This document shows, piece after piece, positions 49,505 to 58,463 of a stretch of DNA of 64,000 bases. Below the pieces are notes generated by a model, which made no database searches, was not told where the DNA came from, and worked only from the letters and a program-made list of their open reading frames with translations. The DNA comes from an uncultured Anaerolineaceae bacterium (GTDB taxonomy: Bacteria; Chloroflexota; Limnocylindria; Limnocylindrales; CSP1-4), in contig CAZVGO010000004.1 of the NCBI GenBank assembly GCA_964626755.1, positions 11,272 through 75,271 of the forward strand, written 5' to 3'. Numbering within the stretch: position 1 is the stretch's first letter; each line of letters starts with the position of its first letter. Both the position numbers and the translations under genes were made by a program.

Positions 49505-52429
49505 ATGGAACGCCTGATGCTGCTCGACGGCTACGGGCTCGTCTATCGCGGATATTTCGCCCTCCCGCCCCTCACCACGAGCCGTGGCGAGCTGGTCAAC
49601 GGCGTGTTCGGGTTCTGCAGCATCGTCCTCCGCGGCTTCCAGGACCTGAGGCCGGACTACGTGGCGGTTTCGTTCGACCTCCCCGGGCCGACCTTCCGGC
49701 ACGAGCAGTACGCCGAGTACAAGGCGACCCGGCAGCGGATGCCGGACGACCTCCGGGACCAGTTCCCGAAGGTCCGCGAGGTCGTCAAGGCGCTCCGGAT
49801 CCCCGTCTACGAGATGCAGGGCTACGAGGCGGACGACGTCATCGGCACGATCAGCCGCCAGGTCGAGAGCAACGAGGACCTCGAGACGACGATCGTCACG
49901 GTCGACCTCGACATGCTCCAGCTCGTCGGTCCCCGAACCCGCCTGATGACGACGCGCTCGGGCGTCGAGAACACGGTCATCTACGACGTGGCCCGGATCG
50001 ACGAGCGATTCGGGCTCCGGCCGGACCAGATGGTCGACTACAAGGCGCTCAAGGGCGACCCCACCGACAACATCCCCGGCGTCCCAGGGGTGGGCGAGAA
50101 GACTGCGGCGAAGCTCATCCGCGAGTTCGGCGACCTCGAGTCCCTCTATGCCCGGCTCGACGACGTCACGCCGGAGAAGCTCCGCGCCAGGCTGCTCGAG
50201 CACCGCGACCAGGTCCACCAGGGTCGCGAGCTGTCGCGGATCGTCGTCGACCTGCCGGTCCATCTCGACCTCGAGGCGGCTCGCCTTGGCGACTACGATC
50301 GGGACACGGTCGTCCGGCTCTTCCGGGAGTACGAGTTCCGGACGCTCATCGAGCGCCTGCCGGCGATCAGCGGCGAGTCCGCGGCGGATGCGCAGGACGC
50401 CCTCCGCCGGGTCGTGGCGAGCGGCTCCGTTCCGGCGGCGCGGGTCGCCGGGCGCCCGTCAGGCTGGGGTCCGGGACGTCCGGTCCGCCCGCCCGACGGT
50501 GGTGAGCTCCAGCTCCGGCTCGACTTCGACACCGTTGCAAAGGCCACGCCGGACGCGGGCGACGGGCGGGTGGCCCGGGAGCCGACCGGTGACCTGCCCT
50601 CGGAGCTGGCCGCGGCGATCGCGGATCCGGGCCGGATCGAGGTCCGGGACGAGGACGCCGTTGACGATCTCGCCGGGTGGATCGGATCCCAGCCCGCGCT
50701 CGGCATCGCGCTGTTGCTCGACGATCCGCGGCCCCGCCGCGGTACGCCGCTCGCGCTCGCGGTCGCGGGCCTGGACGGGCGGGTCGTCGCGGTTGAGGGC
50801 GCGGCCGCGGTTGATCGGCTGCGGGCCCTCGTCGAGCGGCTCGGCGTGCCGCTCGTCGGCCACGAGGTCAAGCCGCTCGTCGTGGCCCGGTTCGCCGCGG
50901 ATCCCGCGGCTCCGACGACGCCGGTCGCGTTCGACACGCAGATCGCCGCGTACATCCTCAACGCCTCGCTCCGCAGCCAGACGATCGCCGACATCGTCGC
51001 CGAGCAGCTCGACCAGATCCTTCCGCCGCCCGCGGACCTGACGTACGCCGCGCGGGCGGGACTCGAGGCCCTTTCCGCGCTCGCCGTCCGCGAGCCGCTC
51101 GAGCGACGGTTGGCGGACGAACACCTCGACAGGCTGTTCCGCGAGATCGAGCTCCCACTCCTCCCGGTCCTCGCCCGGATGGAGGCGACCGGGGTCGCGC
51201 TCGATCACGAGGCGCTCGGCATCCTCGACCGGGAGTTTGCCGCCGAGATCGCCCGGCTCGAGCAGGAGATCTACGTCGACGTCGGCCACGAGTTCAACCT
51301 CGGCAGCCCGAAACAGCTCGAGCAGGTCCTGTTCTTCGAGCTCAACCTGCCGAAGGGCAGGCGGACGAAGACCGGCTTCTCGACCGACGCGTCGGTCCTC
51401 GAGGACCTCCGCCCTGCTCACCCGATGATCGACAAGCTCCTCGAGTGGCGCGTCTACACGAAGCTCCGCTCGACGTACGTCGAGGCCCTGCCGACGCTGA
51501 TCGCCGCCGACGGCCGGCTCCACACGACCTTCCACCAGGCGGTCGCCGCGACGGGCAGGCTGTCGTCGTCCGATCCGAACCTCCAGAACATCCCGATCCG
51601 GACGGTTCTCGGGCGGCGCATCCGCCGGGCGTTCGTCGCCGGCGCACCGGACGTGACGCTGCTCGCTGCCGACTACTCCCAGATCGAGCTCCGGATCCTT
51701 GCCCACGTGTCGGGCGACGAGCACCTCCGCGACGCATTCGCCCGCAATGCCGACATCCATCGCGAGACCGCGGCCCGGGTGCTCCACAAGGACCCGGCCG
51801 ACGTGACTCACAGCGAGCGCTCGATGGCGAAGATGGTGAACTTCGGGCTGGCCTACGGGATGAGCGACTTCGGGCTGTCGAGCCGGGCGAACATCTCGCG
51901 CCAGGAGGCCCAGGAGTTCATCAACAGCTACTTCGCCGCGTACTCCGGGATCAGCTACTACATGATGGCGATCAAGGAAACGGCCAGGTCGCAGGGCGGA
52001 GTCGAGACGCTCCTCGGGCGGAAGCGCCAGATCCCCGAGCTGCGGGCGTCGAACCCGGCGCTCCGCGGGGCGGGGGAGCGGATGGCGATCAACATGCCGA
52101 TCCAGGGCACCGCCGCGGACATCCAGAAGATCGCGATGATCCGGCTCGACGAGCGGCTCCGCGCCGACGGGTTCCGGGCGCGGCTGCTGCTGTCCGTCCA
52201 CGACGAGCTGCTCCTCGAGGTGCCGCGCGACGAAGTCGAGCGACTCGCCCCCGTCGTCCGGGCGACGATGGAGGGCGCCCTCCCGCTCGACGTGCCGCTG
52301 ACGGTCGACATCAAGGTCGGCGACGACTGGGAGTCGATGACGCCCCTGACCCGCGAGGACGCGGTCGCGGCCGAGGCCGACGAGCCGCCCGAGATCGACG
52401 CGGCGTTGCCGCTCGCGGGCCAGGTCTGA
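49505..52429 (+). CDS. polA: DNA polymerase I (5'-3' exonuclease, degenerate 3'-5' exo-like domain, polymerase domain)
   Basis: LLDGYGLVYRGYFA; GYEADDVIGT; RRAFV; YSQIELRILAH; KMVNFGLAYGMS; LSVHDELLLE. Confidence 0.9.
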   Translation: MERLMLLDGYGLVYRGYFALPPLTTSRGELVNGVFGFCSIVLRGFQDLRPDYVAVSFDLPGPTFRHEQYAEYKATRQRMPDDLRDQFPKVREVVKALRIPVYEMQGYEADDVIGTISRQVESNEDLETTIVTVDLDMLQLVGPRTRLMTTRSGVENTVIYDVARIDERFGLRPDQMVDYKALKGDPTDNIPGVPGVGEKTAAKLIREFGDLESLYARLDDVTPEKLRARLLEHRDQVHQGRELSRIVVDLPVHLDLEAARLGDYDRDTVVRLFREYEFRTLIERLPAISGESAADAQDALRRVVASGSVPAARVAGRPSGWGPGRPVRPPDGGELQLRLDFDTVAKATPDAGDGRVAREPTGDLPSELAAAIADPGRIEVRDEDAVDDLAGWIGSQPALGIALLLDDPRPRRGTPLALAVAGLDGRVVAVEGAAAVDRLRALVERLGVPLVGHEVKPLVVARFAADPAAPTTPVAFDTQIAAYILNASLRSQTIADIVAEQLDQILPPPADLTYAARAGLEALSALAVREPLERRLADEHLDRLFREIELPLLPVLARMEATGVALDHEALGILDREFAAEIARLEQEIYVDVGHEFNLGSPKQLEQVLFFELNLPKGRRTKTGFSTDASVLEDLRPAHPMIDKLLEWRVYTKLRSTYVEALPTLIAADGRLHTTFHQAVAATGRLSSSDPNLQNIPIRTVLGRRIRRAFVAGAPDVTLLAADYSQIELRILAHVSGDEHLRDAFARNADIHRETAARVLHKDPADVTHSERSMAKMVNFGLAYGMSDFGLSSRANISRQEAQEFINSYFAAYSGISYYMMAIKETARSQGGVETLLGRKRQIPELRASNPALRGAGERMAINMPIQGTAADIQKIAMIRLDERLRADGFRARLLLSVHDELLLEVPRDEVERLAPVVRATMEGALPLDVPLTVDIKVGDDWESMTPLTREDAVAAEADEPPEIDAALPLAGQV

Positions 52430-52439
52430 CCTCCGTCTC

Positions 52440-53429
52440 ATGCCGGAGCTGCCCGAGGTCGAGACGGTCGCGCGCGACCTCCGCCCCCGCCTCGTCGGGG
52501 CGGAGATCGTCGGGGCCCTGACGCCGTGGGCGCGGACGCTGCGGACGCACGATCCGGAGGCGTTCGCCACGGCCGTGGCGGGACGGACGGTCGAGACCGT
52601 CGGGCGGCGGGGGAAGCAGCTTGTCGTCGGGCTGTCCGGTGGCTTCGCCCTGACGATCCACCTGAAGATGACCGGCCAGCTGTTCGTCGTCCCGGCGTCC
52701 GCGCCGGAGGATCCATACGTCCGGCTCGTCCTCAACCTGGCCGGCGAAAAGGAACTCCGGTTCCGGGACATCCGGAAGTTCGGGCGGGTGGGTCTCTACG
52801 TCCGTGACCCGGCGAGCGGGGAGCTCCTCCTCGAGCCCGGCGGGGCCGGCGTCTTCGGCGCCACGGGCCCGGAACCGCTCGACGAGGTGTTCACGCTGCG
52901 CGCCTTCCGTCGCCGCCTCCGCGCCCGGCGGGGGCGGCTCAAGCCGCTCCTGCTCGATCAATCGTTCCTCGCCGGCGTCGGAAACATCTACGCCGACGAG
53001 GCGCTGTGGGCGGCGCGCCTCCACCCGCTCCGCTCCGCCGCCACCCTCCGACCAGCCGACGAGGGCAGGCTGTTCGGCAGCATCCGGTCCGTCCTCGCCG
53101 AGGCCGTCGAGCGGCGCGGGTCCTCGATCGATGACTACACCGCGCCCGACGGCGACGGATCGATGCAGGAGCGGTTGCTCGTCTACCAGCGCACGGGCGA
53201 GGCCTGTCCCCGTTGCCGCCGGCCGATCCGGCGGATCGTCGTCGGCGGTCGGGCGACGCATTTCTGCTCGTGGTGCCAGCGGCTCCGTGCCGCCGACCGC
53301 AAGGCCGCGGCCGCGCTCCTGCGCCCGGCCCCTCCGCACGGCCCGTCGCGCTCCGAGCCAACGAAGCGCGCAGCGGCCGCGCGGCGCGCCGCCGCCCGGC
53401 GGGCAATGGACCCGGAATCGGTGAACTGA
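52440..53429 (+). CDS. mutM: Formamidopyrimidine-DNA glycosylase
   Basis: MPELPEVETV N-terminus; zinc finger CPRCRRPI...CSWCQ. Ala/Arg-rich C-terminal tail. Confidence 0.85.
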   Translation: MPELPEVETVARDLRPRLVGAEIVGALTPWARTLRTHDPEAFATAVAGRTVETVGRRGKQLVVGLSGGFALTIHLKMTGQLFVVPASAPEDPYVRLVLNLAGEKELRFRDIRKFGRVGLYVRDPASGELLLEPGGAGVFGATGPEPLDEVFTLRAFRRRLRARRGRLKPLLLDQSFLAGVGNIYADEALWAARLHPLRSAATLRPADEGRLFGSIRSVLAEAVERRGSSIDDYTAPDGDGSMQERLLVYQRTGEACPRCRRPIRRIVVGGRATHFCSWCQRLRAADRKAAAALLRPAPPHGPSRSEPTKRAAAARRAAARRAMDPESVN

Positions 53430-53430
53430 G

Positions 53431-55470
53431 GTGTCGATCCTGCGGCTGACCGGTGTGAGCCGGGAGGTCGGGACATTCGTCATCCTCGACTCGATCGACG
53501 CGTCGGTCGCGCTCGGCGACCGGATCGGCCTCGTCGGGCCGAACGGCGCGGGCAAGACGACCCTCCTCCGGATCGCGGCGGGCCTCGACGAGCCGGACGG
53601 CGGGGCCGTCCACCGGAAGCGCGCGTTGACGGTCGGCCTCCTCGCCCAGGAGTCCCACCTCGACGAGGTCTTCATGGCCGCGCCGGACCTGCGCACGGCG
53701 GTCCGCCACGGTGCGGCCCACCTCGAGCGAATGACCGACGAGCTGGCCGCCCTCGAGCGCGACCATCGGGTGACGGAGCCCGAATACGAGGAGCTCCAAC
53801 ACCGGTTCGAGGGGCTCGGCGGCTACACGCTCGACCAGCGGGTCGACGAGACCCTGTCCGGCCTCGGGTTCGCGCGCCCGGACTGGGCACGGCCGCCGGC
53901 GAGCCTGTCGGGTGGCGAGCAGACGCGGGCGGCGCTCGCCCGCCTCGTCATCGCGGACCCGGAGCTCCTGTTCCTCGACGAACCGACGAACCATCTCGAC
54001 CTCGACGCCCTCGAATGGCTCGAGGACCGCCTCCGGCGGCGCTCCGGGTCGCTGGTCGTCGCGTCGCACGACCGGGCCTTTCTCGACGCGACCGTCAACC
54101 GGATCTGGGAGCTCCGCGACCGGCGCATGACGGCGTTCCGGGGTGACTACTCCGCATATCACCGCCAGCGCGAGGAGCGTGACGCGCGGGCGGCGAAGGA
54201 CGTCGCGACCCAGGCCGACCAGATTGCCCGCGAGAAGGAGCTCGTCCAGCGCTATCGAAGCCATCGCAAGTTCGCCAAGATGCACGAGCACGAGGCCCGG
54301 CTCGAGCGCCTGGAGGAGGGTCGGATCGAGGCTCCGAAAGCCGGCCGCCGCCTTCGCCTGCCACCGCGGGCCCTCGCCGGGGACGGGCCCGTTCGAACGG
54401 GCGAGCTCGCCGTCCGGGTCGAGGAGCTCGTCGCCGGCTACCTGCCCGGCCGCGGCGCGCTGGACGCGAGCGGGGCGCCGGCCACCGAGGCTCGGGCGGT
54501 CGTCCGCGCCGCATACCTCGCGGCGCGGCGCGGGGATCGGATCGGGATCGTCGGACCGAACGGCGCAGGCAAGACGACGCTCCTTCGGACAATCGCCGGG
54601 GAGCTGCCGCCGCTCGAGGGCGGGCTCGTCTTCGGCCACGCGGTCCAGCTCGGGTACCTCGCCCAGCTCCGTGGCGCGGCGATCCCGGGGACGACCGTCC
54701 TCGACGCGCTGGTCCGGGCGATGCCGATGACCCAGGGCGAGGCGCGCGGCTACCTCGCCCGATTCCTGTTCCGGGGCGACGACGCGCTCAAGGAGGTCCG
54801 ATCGCTGTCCGGCGGCGAGCGGTCACGCCTCGAGCTGGCGCTGCTCGGCATCATGCCGGCCAACCTCCTGCTCCTCGACGAGCCGACGAACCACCTCGAC
54901 ATCCCGGCCCGCGAGGCGATCGAGGCGTTCATGGCGGAGACGCCCGCGACGTTGCTCGTTGTCAGCCACGACCGCCGCCTGCTCGAGACGGTGTGCGACC
55001 GGCTGTGGGTCGTCGACAGGGGGCTGGCGGCGCCGTTCGAGGGCGGCTACAGGGCGTGGCGCGCAGCGATCGCGGACGGGTGGACGGTGGCAGGCGCGGT
55101 CGAGCAGGAGGCGAGGCGGTTGCGGGCTGCGCCGGTCCTGGCGGGCGCCCGGTCCGCGACCCTCCCAATCGTCCGACCTGGGGCCGCTGTCGCGCCCGTG
55201 TCCGCCCGGCGGGACCGTCCGGCCCGTCGTGTCTCGGGGAGGAAGGAGAGACTGTCGAAGGATGCCTACCGGAAGCAGAAAGCACAGGTCGAGGGGGAGC
55301 TGACCCGGCTCGGGCTGCGAAAGAGCCACCTCGAGCTGGCCATGGGAGATCCGGCCGTCGCCGCGAACTTCGTCGAGCTCCGCCGGATCACGAGCGAGAT
55401 GGCCGACGTCGACGCGGCGTTGTCGGCGACGGAGGACCAGTGGCTCGACATCGAGGAGCGGGCCCCGTGA
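53431..55470 (+). CDS. ABC-F family ATPase (tandem ABC domains, no TM domain)
   Basis: Two Walker A motifs (GPNGAGKTTLL x2), signatures LSGGEQTRAAL / LSGGERSRLEL, and an inter-domain linker. Confidence 0.85.
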   Translation: MSILRLTGVSREVGTFVILDSIDASVALGDRIGLVGPNGAGKTTLLRIAAGLDEPDGGAVHRKRALTVGLLAQESHLDEVFMAAPDLRTAVRHGAAHLERMTDELAALERDHRVTEPEYEELQHRFEGLGGYTLDQRVDETLSGLGFARPDWARPPASLSGGEQTRAALARLVIADPELLFLDEPTNHLDLDALEWLEDRLRRRSGSLVVASHDRAFLDATVNRIWELRDRRMTAFRGDYSAYHRQREERDARAAKDVATQADQIAREKELVQRYRSHRKFAKMHEHEARLERLEEGRIEAPKAGRRLRLPPRALAGDGPVRTGELAVRVEELVAGYLPGRGALDASGAPATEARAVVRAAYLAARRGDRIGIVGPNGAGKTTLLRTIAGELPPLEGGLVFGHAVQLGYLAQLRGAAIPGTTVLDALVRAMPMTQGEARGYLARFLFRGDDALKEVRSLSGGERSRLELALLGIMPANLLLLDEPTNHLDIPAREAIEAFMAETPATLLVVSHDRRLLETVCDRLWVVDRGLAAPFEGGYRAWRAAIADGWTVAGAVEQEARRLRAAPVLAGARSATLPIVRPGAAVAPVSARRDRPARRVSGRKERLSKDAYRKQKAQVEGELTRLGLRKSHLELAMGDPAVAANFVELRRITSEMADVDAALSATEDQWLDIEERAP

Positions 55471-56111
55471 GCCGCAGCCTCCGGATCGGGCTCACCGGGC
55501 CCATCGGCTGCGGCAAGTCGACGGTCGCGGGCTGGCTCGCCGAGCTGGGAGCATCGGTCATCGATGCCGACGAGGTCGCCCGGGAGGTCACGGCGCCCGG
55601 CGAGCCGGTCCTGGCGGAGATCGCCGATCGGTTCGGGCGCCAGCTCGTACGGCCCGACGGATCTCTCGACCGGGCCGCGCTCGCCCGGATCGTGTTCGCC
55701 GACGACGAGCGCCTGCGCGAGCTCGAGTCGATCGTTCACCCGGCGGTCCGGCCGCTGCTCATCGCCGCGGTCGAGGCGGCCGAGGAGTCAGGTGTCCCGA
55801 TCGTCGCGATCGAGGCGATCAGGCTCGTCGAGGGCGGCCTCGCCGCCCTGTGCGACGAGGTCTGGCTCGTCGCCTGCGATCCGGGCGAGCAGCGAGCGCG
55901 CCTGGCCGGCCGGGGCGACGACCCGGCCGACGCGGAACGGCGGATTGCAGCTCAGGACCGCTTGGTCGATCGCCTGCGCCCGTTCGCCACCCGGGTGATC
56001 GACACGTCGGGGCCCGTCGGCCCCGCGCAGACCCGGGTCTCCGAGGCTCTCCGGCTTGCCCGGGAGGCGCGGCTCAACGCTCCAGGAGGACCTGCGGGCT
56101 TCCCGTGGTGA
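55467..56111 (+). CDS. coaE: Dephospho-CoA kinase
   Basis: IGLTGPIGCGKST P-loop. GTG overlaps the upstream stop. Confidence 0.8.
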   Translation: MSRSLRIGLTGPIGCGKSTVAGWLAELGASVIDADEVAREVTAPGEPVLAEIADRFGRQLVRPDGSLDRAALARIVFADDERLRELESIVHPAVRPLLIAAVEAAEESGVPIVAIEAIRLVEGGLAALCDEVWLVACDPGEQRARLAGRGDDPADAERRIAAQDRLVDRLRPFATRVIDTSGPVGPAQTRVSEALRLAREARLNAPGGPAGFPW

Positions 56112-57318
56112 TGCCGGTTCCCTGGTTCTGGATCGTGATGTTCGAGCCGTTGAGACGAATTGCCCAGCCGAGGAGCCAGCCGGACACCGAGCTGTTGTTC
56201 TGACCGGCCATCTCGAGCAGCCCGTAGGGCGCCCACATCAGGCCGATCCACGTGTTGTTGCTGCCCGATACCGAGACGGTGAACTTGTCGCACCTGTCAG
56301 CGCCGGCGTACTGCCGGCCGGCGAAGGCGAGGAGGTCGTCCCGGAACGGCGACAGGTCGTTGTTCGAGCCCGAGATGCTGACCTCGCTCTCGGCGACCAG
56401 CGTGAGCTCCATCGTCCGGTTGCTGAACGAGAGGTAGATGTTCCCCGTCGCGTAGTAGAGGCCGGTGCCGCGAGCGAGCATGTAGGCGCTGTCGATGTCG
56501 CCGTTGACGTAGTACAGGTTGTCCGACGGGTTGGCCTGGGCAAGTGCCTTGTAGGTGGCCAGCCGGCCGGCTACGTCGGTGGGCCCGAAGCCGGTCGGCC
56601 AGGCCTTGGCCGGGAGCTGGGACGGGTAGGTCGCGTCGTAGACGTTGCCCGACTGGTTGGCGTCGAGGGACACCGTGTAGGTGAATGGATCGGGTGGAGC
56701 CAGGTTATCGGTCCAGTAGTTGGGCGCGGTCGCGACGTAGGCGTTGCCGTTCGTGTGGACTCCACCGATCATCGTCTGGAACGAGCCGCTCACGTCGAGC
56801 TGGCGCTTTCCGAAGCCCGGGCATGTATCGCCCCCGGCGAAGACCGCGTCCGGCATCGGCGCCGTCGCGCCGCCACCAGGGCCGCCTGGAATGCAGTCCG
56901 CGGTCGCCTGCGCGCCAACCGCGAAGCTGTCCATCCCGATCAGGCGCGAGAACGTCCCGGGGACGTGAGAGGTGATCGAGGCATCGAACTCGTTCGAACC
57001 CTTCGAGAGGACCGACACCGAGTTCGAGACGCCGTCATTGTCGTAGCCATTCACCGCCGCGGCTGCGAGGCCCGCTGCCTGGGCGTCGGCAACGGAACCG
57101 CCGGTACAGGTGCTGTATGCCGCCGCGGTGGCGGCGTGATCCACGGCATTCTGGGTCGCCCGCCGCTCCTCGAGCAATCGGCCGCCGTCGATCGCCAGAG
57201 CGGCCGCGCCGAACAGGACGAAGATCCCGATGCCGACGATCGCGAGGACAGATCCTCGCTCCCCGACCCGGTCGGCCCTGGCGGGAGTGCTGGTGGACCT
57301 GTCTGCGGTTGCCGTCAA
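56074..57318 (-). CDS. TadE/TadG-like Flp-pilus assembly protein (pseudopilin-like N-terminus)
   Basis: N-terminal TM LAIVGIGIFVLFGAAALAIDGG is typical of the TadG N-terminus. The TTG start at 57318 was chosen; the longer upstream frame is judged non-coding. Confidence 0.5.
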   Translation of the reverse strand: MTATADRSTSTPARADRVGERGSVLAIVGIGIFVLFGAAALAIDGGRLLEERRATQNAVDHAATAAAYSTCTGGSVADAQAAGLAAAAVNGYDNDGVSNSVSVLSKGSNEFDASITSHVPGTFSRLIGMDSFAVGAQATADCIPGGPGGGATAPMPDAVFAGGDTCPGFGKRQLDVSGSFQTMIGGVHTNGNAYVATAPNYWTDNLAPPDPFTYTVSLDANQSGNVYDATYPSQLPAKAWPTGFGPTDVAGRLATYKALAQANPSDNLYYVNGDIDSAYMLARGTGLYYATGNIYLSFSNRTMELTLVAESEVSISGSNNDLSPFRDDLLAFAGRQYAGADRCDKFTVSVSGSNNTWIGLMWAPYGLLEMAGQNNSSVSGWLLGWAIRLNGSNITIQNQGTGITTGSPQVLLER

Positions 57319-57355
57319 CGAGGCGTCCTTCCGCTGTGTGCGCCTTTGCTGAATG

Positions 57356-58240
57356 TCAAGGTGGGGGAGGGGAGACGGCCGGCGGCGAGGTGGGCGTCGG
57401 TGGCGGGAGCGGCGTCGCCAGTGGTGGAGGAGTCCGGATCGGCCCGAACCCGGCCGGGTAGGTCTCGGGGATCGGCAGCCCGTACTTCGTGATGATCCGG
57501 GTGGTCGTGGCACCAAGACTCGAGGCGTCCGCCACGCGAATGTCGATGTCCGGCCGGAGGGCGAGGCTGAACGTCGCCGTGCCGCTTGCCTGGAGATGGG
57601 CGATCTCCTCGGCGATCTGGAGATGCGCCTTGAGGACGTACGCCCGTTCGACCCGGGCGATGATCGGGACGTCCTGGTAGACGATCTTCGTGGACCGGTC
57701 GCTGTAATAGCGGCCCTCCTCGATGAGCCCCTCGGGCAGGAGGACGAGGGCCGTTACGAAGACGTCGACGGTCTGGCCCGGGTACAGGAGGCCACCGACA
57801 GCGAGGTCGTCCGGGACGGTGATCGAGACCGCCCGCCAGTACGGCGATTCCGGGCCGACCGTCTCCCCTGGCGAGAGGATCGAGAAGCTTCCGACGCCGG
57901 TTCCCACGGCCAGGAGGTTCGAGGTGACGAGCTGGCCCTGGAGGATCGGGACGACCGGGATTCGCCCGATCACCAGCTCCACCTCGGCCACGCTGTGGAG
58001 ATTCGTGTCGTCCAGCGGGATCTGGCGGACCTCGACCTGGTCCGCGGTGATCGGCTGGCGGATCGGGAGCACCGTCCGGGCGACAACGGCCGGCACCCGC
58101 TGGAGAGCCCCCTGGCCGCCCTGCTGCTGGGCCTGGCTCACCGCGAAGTAAGCGGCGCCACCGGCGACGATTGCGAGGACCAGCCCGAGGCCCATCACGA
58201 TGCGTCCCCGGCGCCCCTCGTCGTGGAATTCGAGCTCCAT
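57356..58240 (-). CDS. cpaB: Flp pilus assembly protein CpaB (RcpC-like, SAF domain)
   Basis: N-terminal TM, then a SAF-like domain and a Pro-rich C-terminal tail. Confidence 0.7.
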   Translation of the reverse strand: MELEFHDEGRRGRIVMGLGLVLAIVAGGAAYFAVSQAQQQGGQGALQRVPAVVARTVLPIRQPITADQVEVRQIPLDDTNLHSVAEVELVIGRIPVVPILQGQLVTSNLLAVGTGVGSFSILSPGETVGPESPYWRAVSITVPDDLAVGGLLYPGQTVDVFVTALVLLPEGLIEEGRYYSDRSTKIVYQDVPIIARVERAYVLKAHLQIAEEIAHLQASGTATFSLALRPDIDIRVADASSLGATTTRIITKYGLPIPETYPAGFGPIRTPPPLATPLPPPTPTSPPAVSPPPP

Positions 58241-58418
58241 CCGCGGATTGGCCCTCTCGTGATCAGTCCCGTCGCGGGCTCAGGGGCGCGGGGCTACGTC
58301 CACGCCGCGGGTCCGGGAGGCCAATCTGGTCCCTGCGTCGTGCATCACGTCATGCCCCTGACGTCCCACCCGATCAGACCGATGGTCATACGCGGTGTTA
58401 CTACGTCCTTCGCTTCGG

Positions 58419-58436
58419 TTCGAACGGCCGTTCGAA
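58419..58436 (+). promoter_or_regulatory. LexA (SOS) box upstream of uvrB
   Basis: TTCGAAC-GGCC-GTTCGAA is a perfect palindrome matching the actinobacterial consensus TCGAAC-N4-GTTCGA. It lies 28 bp upstream of the uvrB start. Confidence 0.75.
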
Positions 58437-58463
58437 ATCGGGCGGCGCTGGTATCCTGCGCAG

